Shown here: positions 13,401 to 19,408 of the stretch, piece by piece | Position numbering within the stretch: position 1 is the stretch's first letter | Layout: each line of letters opens with the position of its first letter | From: a virus | Virus record (IMG/VR): IMGVR_UViG_3300006045_001056 | Location: 1,912-65,911 of that record | Direction: 5' to 3' (one strand) | Length of the DNA stretch: 64,000 nt | Made by a program: the position numbers and the translations under genes | The notes under the pieces: model-generated | The model's database searches: none | Told to the model about the DNA's origin: nothing | The model's input: only the letters and a program-made list of their open reading frames with translations

Positions 13401-15531
13401 TGGAAAACGGAATACTATTTATATTTGCATATGTTTCAACGTATGTATCTGAAATACCATGTATCGTAAGCTGTGAACAATTTAGGAACACATTGTTGCC
13501 GATAGTTGCGGCATTTCGGTCAATCCATACTTTTTCCAACCCCGTGCAGTTGGCAAAAGCGTTATTGCCGATGGTAACGAGGGTACTCGGTAGAATCACC
13601 GTTTGCAGATTTGTACTTCCACTGAACGTGTACGCTGGTATCGCCGTCACGTCTTCTGATACCGTGATACTCGTCAGCTTCGTACAGCCGTAAAACAGCC
13701 GCGACGCATAACCGACTGAGCTGCTCACGTATGTATTGGCTACATTCGTCAGGCTACGGGGATAGTTGATGCTCGTAAGGTTCGAGCAGCCGTCAAACAC
13801 GTAATATCCCATCGTCGTCACGCTGTCAGGTAACGTCAGGCTTACCACCCCCGTACAACCGCTAAACGCATAATTGCCTATTGTCAGCAGGACGTTTGGC
13901 AAACTCACTATCGTCAGTCCTGTGCATCCGCTGAATGTGTTGTCGCTTATCGTTGTCAGCGTATTTGGTAGGCTCACCTTAGTCATGCCAGTGCAGCCAT
14001 TGAATGCACCGTTACCGACCGATGCAAGCCCTTCGTTCAAAGTCACTTCACGCAGGCTCGTACAACCATTGAACACATTACTTCCTATCGTCCTCAGACT
14101 GTCCACGAAATTCACGTTACTCAACCCCGTGCAATTGGCGAAAGCGTTGTTGCCGATGGTAGAAATGGTACTGGAGAGAACCACCGTTTGCAAGTTTGTA
14201 CTACCACTGAATGTGTACGCCGGTATCGTTGTCACTTCTTCTGGCACGACTATGTTTGTTAGTTTCGTACAACCGTAGAACAATCGCGACACGTAGCCGA
14301 TCGAACTACTCACGTATGTGTTGGCGACGCTCGTTAGGCTACGAGGATAATTAATGCTCGTAAGGTTCGAGCAACCGTCGAACACGTAATATCCCATCGT
14401 CGTCACGCTGTCAGGTAACGTCAGGCTCACCAGACTCGTACAACCACTGAATGCGTAGTTGCCCACCGTAGTCAACATACTCGGCAGGCTCACTGTTGTC
14501 AACCCTGTGCAACCATTAAATGTGCTGTCGCTTACTGTCATCAGTGTACTCGGTAGGCTCACCTTAGTCATGCCAGTACAGCCATTGAACGCGCTGTTAC
14601 CGACCGATGTAAGCCCTTCGTTTAAGGTCACCTCACGCAAACTGGTACAGCCGTTGAATGCACTGTTGCCTATCGTCCTCAGACTGTCCACGAAATTCAC
14701 GTTACTCAGCCCCGTGCAATTAGCGAAAGCGTTGTTGCCGATGGAATTGAGGGTGCTGGGTAGAACTATTATTTGCAAGTTCGTACTACCGCTGAATGTG
14801 TACGCCGGTATCGCCGTCACATCTTCTGGCACGACGATGTTCGTCAGATTCGTGCAGCCGTAAAACAGCCGCGACACATATCCAATCGAACTACTTACAT
14901 ATGTATTGGCAACGCTCGCCAAGTTGCGAGGGTAATTAATACTCGTCAGGTTTGAGCAACTATCGAACACGTAATATCCCATCATTGTCACGCTGTCAGG
15001 CAATGTCAAACTCACCAATCCTGTACAACCACTGAATGCGTAACTCTCTATCGTTGTAAGTGTGGTTGAAAAAACCATATTTTCTAAATTCGTGCAACCG
15101 GAAAATGCATTGCTTCCTATCGTTTTTATTGTGTTCGACATTTGTACCGTTTCCAACGCCCTACAATCAGCGAACGCATTGCTGCCGATGCTCACCAATC
15201 CGTCGTTGAACCCTATGTATGACAGATTCGAACAACCAGAAAACACGTTGCTACCCATCGTTTCAAGCGTATTCGGCAAAACCACGCTTGTCAGAGTGGT
15301 TTTGCTTTGGAAAGCTCCATTGTCAATTGTCTGCACTATGTACCCATTGACTTCGCTTGGAATCACGATGGCTGTGTCGCTCCCAGTATAACCTGTCACT
15401 GCACAGTATGTTCCGTTTAATATACGGATTGTAAAATCGGAAGTATCTGCAGCCATTACTATTAATCCAACTGGTAAATAAGTAATTAACATCGCCAAAA
15501 TCAACAATAAACTTAACAATTTCTTTTTCAT
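1417..15531 (-). CDS. Giant (4704 aa) BspA/TpLRR (LRR_5) cell-surface protein with carboxypeptidase-regulatory-like, Cys/His-rich, Ig-like, InlB-B-like and C-terminal SLH domains
   Basis: Signal peptide MKKKLLSLLLILAM; many xLPxxLxxIGxxAFxGCxxL repeats; PDKxxYxVGExLDLxG Ig-like repeats; three C-terminal SLH motifs (YTDVKEDDWF, FSDVIAGEWYSDAIIWA, ATRAEIAMIM). Confidence 0.92.
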   Translation of the reverse strand: MKKKLLSLLLILAMLITYLPVGLIVMAADTSDFTIRILNGTYCAVTGYTGSDTAIVIPSEVNGYIVQTIDNGAFQSKTTLTSVVLPNTLETMGSNVFSGCSNLSYIGFNDGLVSIGSNAFADCRALETVQMSNTIKTIGSNAFSGCTNLENMVFSTTLTTIESYAFSGCTGLVSLTLPDSVTMMGYYVFDSCSNLTSINYPRNLASVANTYVSSSIGYVSRLFYGCTNLTNIVVPEDVTAIPAYTFSGSTNLQIIVLPSTLNSIGNNAFANCTGLSNVNFVDSLRTIGNSAFNGCTSLREVTLNEGLTSVGNSAFNGCTGMTKVSLPSTLMTVSDSTFNGCTGLTTVSLPSMLTTVGNYAFSGCTSLVSLTLPDSVTTMGYYVFDGCSNLTSINYPRSLTSVANTYVSSSIGYVSRLFYGCTKLTNIVVPEEVTTIPAYTFSGSTNLQTVVLSSTISTIGNNAFANCTGLSNVNFVDSLRTIGSNVFNGCTSLREVTLNEGLASVGNGAFNGCTGMTKVSLPNTLTTISDNTFSGCTGLTIVSLPNVLLTIGNYAFSGCTGVVSLTLPDSVTTMGYYVFDGCSNLTSINYPRSLTNVANTYVSSSVGYASRLFYGCTKLTSITVSEDVTAIPAYTFSGSTNLQTVILPSTLVTIGNNAFANCTGLEKVWIDRNAATIGNNVFLNCSQLTIHGISDTYVETYANINSIPFSTEPLVYEGVTISGKVIDTNNNEISGVSVSLYDILNGKILGTYYTDSTGTWACLNARVGYAYQVRFHHPLYKINIDTISCVASSDGNILPDILAELIAGGAVTSPSSFTTRIINGTYCAITGYTGSDIVIVIPNAINGYIVQTIDNNAFQNKTTLTSVVLPNTLETIGSNVFSGCTNLSYIGFNDGLETIGNNAFTNCRSLTMVQLSNTVKTIGSNIFSGCTGLTTVSLPNTLTTIDSYAFSGCTELVSLTLPDSVTTMGYYVFDGCSNLTNVNYPRNLTSVANTYVSSSIGYVSRLFYGCPKLTSIIVPEGVTAIPAYTFSGSANLQAVILPSTLDSIGNNAFANCTGLSNVNFVDSLRTIGNSAFNGCTSLREVTLNEGLTSLGNSAFNGCTGMTMMNLPNTLMTISDNTFSGCIRLTTVSLPSMITTIGNYAFSGCMELVSLTLPDSVTTMGYYVFDGCSNLTSINYPRSLTSVTNTYVSSSIGYVSRLFYGCPKLTSIVVPEGVTAIPAYAFSGSTSLQTVVLPNTLESIGNNAFANCTGLGNINFVDNLKTIGNSAFNGCTSLREVTLNEGLTSVGNSAFSGCTGMTKVSLPNTLMALSDSAFSGCTGLTTVSLPNILTTMGNYAFSGCTGLVSLMLPDSVTTMGYYVFDGCSNLTSINYPRSLTSVANTYVSSSIGYASRLFYGCTKLTNIVVPEGVTAIPMYTFSGSTNIQTVILPSTLDSIGNNAFANCTGLEKVWIDRNAATIGNNVFLNCSRLTIHGISDTYAETYANTNSIPFSTESLVYEGVTVSGKVVDTNNNGVSGASVSLYDTLSGKILGTYYTNSSGEWVCTNARVGYAYQVRFHHPLYKINIDTINCVASSNGNVLPDVVVELVVDGTVTLTSSFTTRIINGTYCAITGYTGSDTVIIIPKEINGYIVQSIDNNAFQNKTTLTSVVLPSTLEIMGSNVFSGCTNLSYIGFNDGLETIGNNAFTNCRSLTIVQLPNTVKTIGSSIFSGCTGLTTVSLPNTLTTIESYAFSGCTGLVSLTLPDSVTTMGYYVFDGCSNLTSINYPRSLTSVANTYVSSSIGYVSRLFYGCTKLTSITIPEGVTTTPAYTFSGSTNLQTIVLPSTLATIGNNAFNGCTSLRELFLNEGLTSVGNNVFNGCTEMTTVSLPSTLTTLNDSMFNGCISLREVIMNEGLTTIGNYAFSGCTGVVSLTLPDSVTTMGYYVFDGCSNLTSINYPRSLTSVANTYVSSSIGYVSRLFYGCTNLTSITVPEDVTAIPAYTFSGNTSLQTVVLPNTLESIGNNAFANCTGLSNINFVNSLRTIGNSTFNGCTSLSEVTLNEGLTIVGNSAFSGCTGMTTVSLPNTLTTINDSTFNGCIRLAAVNLPNALSTVNNYAFSGCTGLVSLTLPDSVTTMGYYVFDGCSNLTSINYPRSLTNVANTYVSSSIGYVSRLFYGCTKLTSITVPEGVTAIPAYTFSGSTNLQTVVLPSTLAIIGNNAFANCTGLMEINLVEGLKTISQSTFMGCSSLSVLEFPESMESIGNSAYSGCSGLRLIIFNEGLKTIGSNAFDGCAGLTSIVLNDGLTTLSSYSFASCINLTSILIPNSVTSIAANSFNNCPKLKIYCYSGSAAHYAAENNGYPYFLLDAHDHEFFTTIETSPTCTRGGSAINTCSICGYNYIEVLEPLGHTPGDWIIVKEATCIEDGLKKNYCIIDNVELESEIIPATGHTFGEWSTEKEATVLANGLKSRECEICGEKETENLPQIFIDISQTNEYGLANFTVVNATTLEPISGASIFISTPNDGECTLSTDSNGKISQVLPVGNLTISAYANGYLVRELKITIKPGIQEIPRIGLSEKPMVEGKLTVREMTYDEIIAAGIDPNAPGNQHVYRYQVEITFRAEIDVLSIIAFFNGTGDFLGGVGPDGGGGRGSDGVLWYNGGYSPGGTGGGGFGWRLSDGTDVTIFPVSERFYLIIYGEVRWLKEMFDAELLVINNSLTDTIEDCVAELTLPDGLSLADMVYGAQSAVQTIDYIEEGGSKSVHWYIRGDKEGTYSVTASLQGTMMPFDERFSYEYVAQDPIKVYAGSAMHMTFYIPDSAFEGEDYTIRIELENVSHKSLYGVSHTIYALQGQVTHYSDGTVVTEEHVISGTSASAKEFKPGDKIIIEMTTNIMFHSEMIQHELNKLIGMVDNIETLMTSLKMLNAAANALNSLGGWIDSLSSIVDSGGLSWELIEGIWGLRDILDYMEFGKGEETKFNIYDSIRFAIANIPIRFVVTNVAVTTLSGSTTEIPYTIKLIPVGARYFGVDNIGQYIYDLVIASFGEISGDVLGVPFAKDITGYQDAVKRIKVVEDNIARLNVKGTGESTSRAWIEPAATRDSRMSSFASTSSTDFILSTNNETATYIDGVLEFKGSGIIEITPLNSVGGILYIENSEGYIHTYIIDVVEPHVCHSDNWTVIVPPTENTVGYKAILCDVCGDLLKLEEMIPCGNHIFGEWVTEFQPTNNTVGIKTRTCENCGLFEYEIIDSITNLPTGEIVIGTNYWNTFWNTFWNTVTFGLIYKDTKSVSLTADSDSTDEITIQYYLSDSELTLDDLNEFTTEWINYKNSFNINPNSKIIIYVKITDEFGNVTYINSTGIVLYTDSEAVTTEINFVKGFGLDKIAEVLLNGNTIQKIMNGEVTLEDGTDYIVSDGTIKFNAEYLESLETGEYTLTVYYNPLGVDYVDADENDIPATTEITLKVLPEPIILDNIIIFSLPDKMEYIVGDNFDLAGIIITAVYSDGSEKEITDFNTSIDDGDILDTIGIKTITVSYTEDDIIKTVDFTITVNPSPIISEGINITTLPEKMEYIVGEPLELTGIVVIIAYSDGSSEEVADYTTDPVNGTILDIIGTQTIIVSYTENDVTETTSFTVVVNALPIVLESISVTTLPDKTVYTVDEELDLSGMIVTAVYSDENTKIITDFSTEPTNGTILDIVDIIVVTVSYIENEIMKTDSFTITVNAIPVILESISVTTPPIKTVYTVGEALDLTGMVVTASYSDSSYNEVTDFTSNPINGAVLNIIGTQTIIISYTEDNITETDNFNVVVNAEPDVTPPTGEISIETNYWNSFWNTVTFGLICKNTQTVTITASDKNGNPATIQYYLSDEELTLAQIQALDAEWMDYSSPFDINPKNKYIIYVKLSDSSDNVAYINSEGIVLYEDSVLITTKINYIKGSEDNISATINLNGNTIANIKNGEYSLIELTDYVVSENEIIFSASYLDTLVAGTYTLTVSYNPLGIAYPETPSDGSNAPAISSITLTVNTVPDIQKYEFNVSAGIGGNISGTPSGTYEENTEMNVTATANIGYHFKDWTVSGVAISDIIASSVSFNMPAGSVTMTANFELDSAIVTNVIVSPQDIEVQQGGTHQFGATVEGENNPEQTVIWSVSDNESDETTISDIGLLTVGLDETANTLIVTATSTIDTNKFGMATVIITSDIPTPFYGISLDVSAYTFIDNTAKTVTITNTGNQPTGELIITLNGEDSNAFIISKTSIDDIAIGEFDTFDMVPKTELTEGTYTVTVTLSGDNGISASFDVNFTVNPVIPTIFTLTINSSDGGTVSGMPSGSYAEGTPVSITATENNGYTFAGWTAIGITLSENTARSIEFTMPDNNVMLTANFTKINYIITANPATGTYTNTQSVTLSVNAANVGIYYTVNGTEPTINNILYTGAIAVNQSVTIKAVAVIDGEIVSDVATFVYTINTSSGSGDSYVPPYTPPTDGDTTGETGSGIDSDNTSDDDDSGDLEEISDKDTPLSNAKFGDEPSAEGYVNPYTDVKEDDWFAEAARIMNQLGIMIGSGNTNTFKPHDVTNRYMLATILYRLNGEPEVSEDAIIPFSDVIAGEWYSDAIIWAYETGLMNGFPDGTFKGSELLTREQIVTVFYRYAEIMGFDVSARADLSKYEDAGKISDWALEAMQWAVAVGLIVGRTETTTVPQGEATRAEIAMIMKRFLFEIFGDDEDNDV
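8500..15440 (-). repeat. Nested tandem repeats: three 2352-bp blocks, each with three ~585-bp LRR units
   Basis: Marker (g/a)taatatcccat (MGYYVFD) at 14971, 14386, 13801 | 12619, 12034, 11449 | 10267, 9751, 9166. Spacing is 585 bp (one 516-bp exception); block period is 2352 bp. Outer limits approximate. Confidence 0.9.
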
Positions 15532-15745
15532 ACTTACAATATTTAACCTTTCAATAAAATAGTTTACATTTTTATAATATTTTAAACATTATAATTATAC
15601 ATTATATTTTGAAGAAATGCAATACTTTTTTCAAAAAAAATTACCCTAATTGTTAAATTCAATATACCCTGTTAGTTCATATATATTTACCCTATAAATT
15701 AATTTAACAAAATAGTTTTTAGATTTAAAATATAATCAAAGGGGT

Positions 15746-16072
15746 GTGATTATGGATTTAGATTTTAAAATTATAGGGCAACGGATACGCAGTCAACGTG
15801 AATTTTTAGGGTACACGCGGGAACAGTTTTCTGAGTTGATAGATAAAACTCCCAAATTTTGTTCTGATATTGAGTTGGGTGTTAAAGGTATGTCATTGCA
15901 AACATTAAATTTGATATGCGATAAATTAAAATTATCGGCTGATTACATATTATATGGAGTTACATCGGATAAAGAAAATAATCCAATCTACAAAATGTTA
16001 TCAGCATGCCCTGAACACAAAAGAAAATATGCCGAGCAGATATTAAAAAATTTTTTACAGGCATTAGATTAA
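15746..16072 (+). CDS. XRE-family HTH regulator (ImmR-like)
   Basis: IGQRIRSQREFLGYTREQFSELID...CSDIELG HTH_3 pattern; divergent from the LRR gene. Confidence 0.85.
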   Translation: MIMDLDFKIIGQRIRSQREFLGYTREQFSELIDKTPKFCSDIELGVKGMSLQTLNLICDKLKLSADYILYGVTSDKENNPIYKMLSACPEHKRKYAEQILKNFLQALD

Positions 16073-16120
16073 ATTTACAAATATATTGTTGAAAACTCTG
16101 TAAAAGAACCCACAAAAATG

Positions 16121-16149
16121 TTGAAAAAATAACGTCCATATGATATAAT
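16121..16149 (+). promoter_or_regulatory. sigma-A promoter for the ImmA-like gene
   Basis: TTGAAA-17 nt-TATAAT. Confidence 0.65.
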
Positions 16150-16192
16150 AAACCGGAACAAAAATATTTTTGAACAACGGAGTGTATTTTAG

Positions 16193-18028
16193 ATGGCGTT
16201 AAAAGGAAAAAATGAACTGGAACGGTTTACGGATAAATGCGGATATAATAATATTTGGGCAGCACTCAAAGAGTGGATTAAAGATTCCTCGGACAAACTT
16301 GAAATTGACGGCAACGATATCATTCTTGATGATATAGATATAAAATTTACCCGTAATCTACAAGTCGACGGCTGCTGCTTTACATATGACGCAGTGATTG
16401 AGGCAGATATAGCCTATACGGATTTATATCGCGAACTTCAGAGTAAATCACAATGGTTTATGATGCGTTGCGCCGCCGAAGTAGACGATACATTAAAATT
16501 ATTTGAAGTCTCAAATGTTAAGATTTACGAGAAAATTCCAACACTTAAAAGTAATGTCACAGATAATTTTGTCCCCGTAATTTCTAAAGCACAAATGGAC
16601 GACGAAGCCCGCGCATTTCTCCGCAAGTATTGCCCGAAAGCACTATTGGAGCCAACAAAAGTGCCGATTCGTGAGATTGCCGCCGAAATGGGGCTGGAAC
16701 TCAAATTCGGATATATTTTGAGCGAGGATTTCAGCTATTTCGGACAAATCTCATTCTCTGACACGAAAACCCGCGTATATGATCTGGAATCCGGCAAATC
16801 CCGTGAATTGGATGTGACTCGCGGAACGGTTCTCATTGACCCGGAAGTTTTTTGGGAACGCTCTTTGGGATGCGAAGATTTTACAATTACCCACGAAGTA
16901 GTGCATTGGGAAAAACACAGGCTTTTCGCCGATATAAAGAGGCTTCTTCACCGTAATTATTACAATGCGCACCGATGCCCAAAACCTACCTATATTCATT
17001 GGAACAGCGACAGCACATGGTCGGATGAAGAATGGCTGGAGTGGCATGCAAACGGTATCGGCGCGCGGATTCTCATGCCGAAAGAAACAGTTGCGGCGAA
17101 AATTAAAGAATTAAAAGAAAATTTTTCTTATGAACTTTTGATAGATAAAACCGAATTTTTCGTTGTGTTGATTGATGAACTCGCTACATTTTATGGCACA
17201 TCCCGACTGACGGCAAAATACCGGTTGAAAGAGTTAGGATATAAAGCCGTGGAAAATATCCAACTCCACGAATATGATTATCAAGCGTACACACATGAGA
17301 TAGACGAATATAAAGCATTTTACGAAATATGCGAAAGCCCCGAATTACATATGCTGGTCAGTATGGGTATGTTTGCATATGCAGACAGGCATTTTGTAAT
17401 TAACCATGAAAAATGTGTCTCAGTTGATGAAGACGGAATCCCTCACTTAACAGACTTCGCATGGGCGAATCTTGAAAAATGCACCATTAAGTTTTCCAAT
17501 GTACGTATAAATATTAAGGAAAGCAACCGACTGTTCAGCGATATATTATATCGCGGCAAAACATATGAGACCTTTCAGAAATATAACAGCAATGACAACG
17601 AGGCGGCATTTGAATTCGCGCGGGAACTTGCGGCAGATTATCAGGTAAAAGCGCCGGAGCGGGAGAAATTGAATATCACTTTTTCTCAGCGCGTGAGACA
17701 AATCATTGAGGCGAAAAATATAAATGAGATGCGTTTTCAAGAGCGTACAAAACTGTCAAAAGCCACATTTTATAGGCTTCAAAGCGAGAAAGACAAACAA
17801 TCATTCGACACAATCCTTGCTTTTTGCGCGGGATTGGATTTGGATATTTTTCTAACACAAGAGTTGCTCGGAAAAGCGGGGTTATCTTTCAACGGAGGAA
17901 TGGCGCATAACGCATACATGCTGGCAATAACACAATTTCCCGGTAAGTCCATAGATGTGCGGAATGAATTCCTTTCCAACCTTGATATTAAAGGCGTTAA
18001 ACCTTTGGGAGAAGATTTATCTAAATAA
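16193..18028 (+). CDS. ImmA/IrrE-family zinc metallopeptidase with C-terminal XRE-like HTH
   Basis: FTITHEVVHW (HExxH) and downstream EWHANGIGARILMP; C-terminal RTKLSKATFYRL...FCAGLDL HTH-like region. Confidence 0.85.
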   Translation: MALKGKNELERFTDKCGYNNIWAALKEWIKDSSDKLEIDGNDIILDDIDIKFTRNLQVDGCCFTYDAVIEADIAYTDLYRELQSKSQWFMMRCAAEVDDTLKLFEVSNVKIYEKIPTLKSNVTDNFVPVISKAQMDDEARAFLRKYCPKALLEPTKVPIREIAAEMGLELKFGYILSEDFSYFGQISFSDTKTRVYDLESGKSRELDVTRGTVLIDPEVFWERSLGCEDFTITHEVVHWEKHRLFADIKRLLHRNYYNAHRCPKPTYIHWNSDSTWSDEEWLEWHANGIGARILMPKETVAAKIKELKENFSYELLIDKTEFFVVLIDELATFYGTSRLTAKYRLKELGYKAVENIQLHEYDYQAYTHEIDEYKAFYEICESPELHMLVSMGMFAYADRHFVINHEKCVSVDEDGIPHLTDFAWANLEKCTIKFSNVRINIKESNRLFSDILYRGKTYETFQKYNSNDNEAAFEFARELAADYQVKAPEREKLNITFSQRVRQIIEAKNINEMRFQERTKLSKATFYRLQSEKDKQSFDTILAFCAGLDLDIFLTQELLGKAGLSFNGGMAHNAYMLAITQFPGKSIDVRNEFLSNLDIKGVKPLGEDLSK

Positions 18029-18045
18029 GATACTTAATCATATAT

Positions 18046-18083
18046 AAGAGTACCAAAAAAATACGGTACTCTTATTTTTTTTT
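18046..18083 (+). terminator. Terminator after the ImmA-like gene
   Basis: AAGAGTACC...GGTACTCTT followed by a T run. Confidence 0.75.
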
Positions 18084-18102
18084 GCATAATTTTAAAATTT
18101 AG

Positions 18103-18177
18103 TCTCACACCGTGAGACTAAAAATTATCACCAAACCCGCGCAATTACACGATTATGTTTTATCTCAATTCCTGAGA
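18103..18177. promoter_or_regulatory. Twin palindromic operator-like sites TCTCA-N5-TGAGA
   Basis: Copies at 18103-18117 (inside a longer palindrome TTTAGTCTCAC-acc-GTGAGACTAAA) and 18163-18177, exactly 60 bp apart. Confidence 0.6.
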
Positions 18178-18287
18178 CAACGTATAAACCCGCATTATCG
18201 CGGTTTTTTTGTATTTCACGGAAAGAGACGATTTAACGGACAGTAATCAGTATACTTAGAGTTAAAGAAAATACAATGAGGAAAAAG

Positions 18288-18455
18288 GTGAAAAAAATTA
18301 GGAAAATTGAAAATCTTGACCATAAACGCGTCTGCGATATCAGTACCGACTCTAAAATAATCGAAATACGGAAAAAAGACTGTATAACAAGGATTAAAGC
18401 AAACTCTGACGGAACATTGAAAATTACCCATGAACGCATTAACCCGGCAACATAA
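18288..18455 (+). CDS. Small 55-aa hypothetical protein (not in ORF track)
   Basis: GAGG RBS then GTG; MKKIRKIENLDHKRVCDISTDSKIIEIRKKDCITRIKANSDGTLKITHERINPAT. Confidence 0.65.
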   Translation: MKKIRKIENLDHKRVCDISTDSKIIEIRKKDCITRIKANSDGTLKITHERINPAT

Positions 18456-18466
18456 CCATCATACAG

Positions 18467-18572
18467 AAATCCGCCAGAACGCGAGACGGCAGAGCGGAAC
18501 TCCCGGTATAAGGGAGTTTCACCTGCCGTCTTTTTTTGTTTTTGCGGATTTTTTTGCGGCTTCGGCGGATTT
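18467..18572 (+). ncRNA. Structured leader/attenuator candidate upstream of the phage sigma factor
   Basis: AGACGGCAG/CTGCCGTCT stem enclosing a GAACTCCC/GGGAGTTT hairpin, then T7; outer AATCCGC can pair with GCGGATT at 18544 or 18565. Confidence 0.5.
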
Positions 18573-18602
18573 CAAAAATTTGAAATTCAAAGGAGTCAAA
18601 CA

Positions 18603-19085
18603 ATGCCAAAATTCAGAACACCGAAAAACAACCGCCCCACCTACATTTACCGCGACGCTTACGGGAGGAAAATCGCGGAACTGCGTCCGGGCGAAAACGG
18701 CGTAACCGAAGCGTATATCAACGCTCTCCACAGAGCGGACGACGACGAACAGAACGCCGCAAAAAAAGACAGTTATTACGGGGTATTTCACTATGAGCAA
18801 ATAAATGACGACGGTGAAGATTTTTCCGACGAAAAGCAACCTGATTTAGCCGATTATGCCGCCGACCCCGAAACGCAGTTTTTTGAAGCGTTGGAAACCG
18901 CCGAGCGGTCTGGCGCAATCAAAGCCGCTTGGGACAGCCTGCAACCGCAACAGCGCGACCTAATTTTAAAGAAACTGCTTAAACGCACGAACGTGAGTAT
19001 AGCCGACGAAGAAGGCGTTTCGGAAGCGGCTGTCAGAAACCGTCTCGCAAAAATCCAAAAGAAATTTGAAGAATTTCTAAAATAG
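18603..19085 (+). CDS. Phage sigma-70 region-4-like transcription factor
   Basis: AWDSLQPQQRDLI...SIADEEGVSEAAVRNRLAKI region-4 HTH. Confidence 0.8.
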   Translation: MPKFRTPKNNRPTYIYRDAYGRKIAELRPGENGVTEAYINALHRADDDEQNAAKKDSYYGVFHYEQINDDGEDFSDEKQPDLADYAADPETQFFEALETAERSGAIKAAWDSLQPQQRDLILKKLLKRTNVSIADEEGVSEAAVRNRLAKIQKKFEEFLK

Positions 19086-19159
19086 AGGGTTCGATTCGGC
19101 TTGTTTTTTCGGGGTAACGTAGAGGGAGATATACAAGCCCTCGGAAAGGAGCGAAAAAA

Positions 19160-19408
19160 ATGAGCCTCAAGCACAAAATTTGTATCAGCGTGAGCCGCCC
19201 GAATAACGAAACTTCTGAAATTATAAAGAGCGGCTCGCGCACGATACGAAGCAAACTATTAAAATTCCTGTTCGGAGAAAAAGTCGGAGTGTTAATCCTA
19301 ACGCCGGGCAGGACGGTAGAAACCGTGGAAATACGCGAAGTACCGGAAAGGGGTGACGACGGTGACGAAAACGCCGAACCAACGGCAATACCCACCGATG
19401 CCGGTTAA
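19160..19408 (+). CDS. Phage hypothetical protein
   Basis: Strong GAAAGGAG RBS; first gene of the replication operon. Confidence 0.7.
   Translation: MSLKHKICISVSRPNNETSEIIKSGSRTIRSKLLKFLFGEKVGVLILTPGRTVETVEIREVPERGDDGDENAEPTAIPTDAG

Noticed and set aside
8597-15391. Many + strand ORFs such as MQPLN.../MPVQPL...
   Set aside because: They are antisense shadows of the LRR repeats with no RBS; their recurrence just mirrors the repeat period.
8500-15440. CRISPR array
   Set aside because: The repeats are long, in-frame protein-coding units with no unique spacers and no cas genes.
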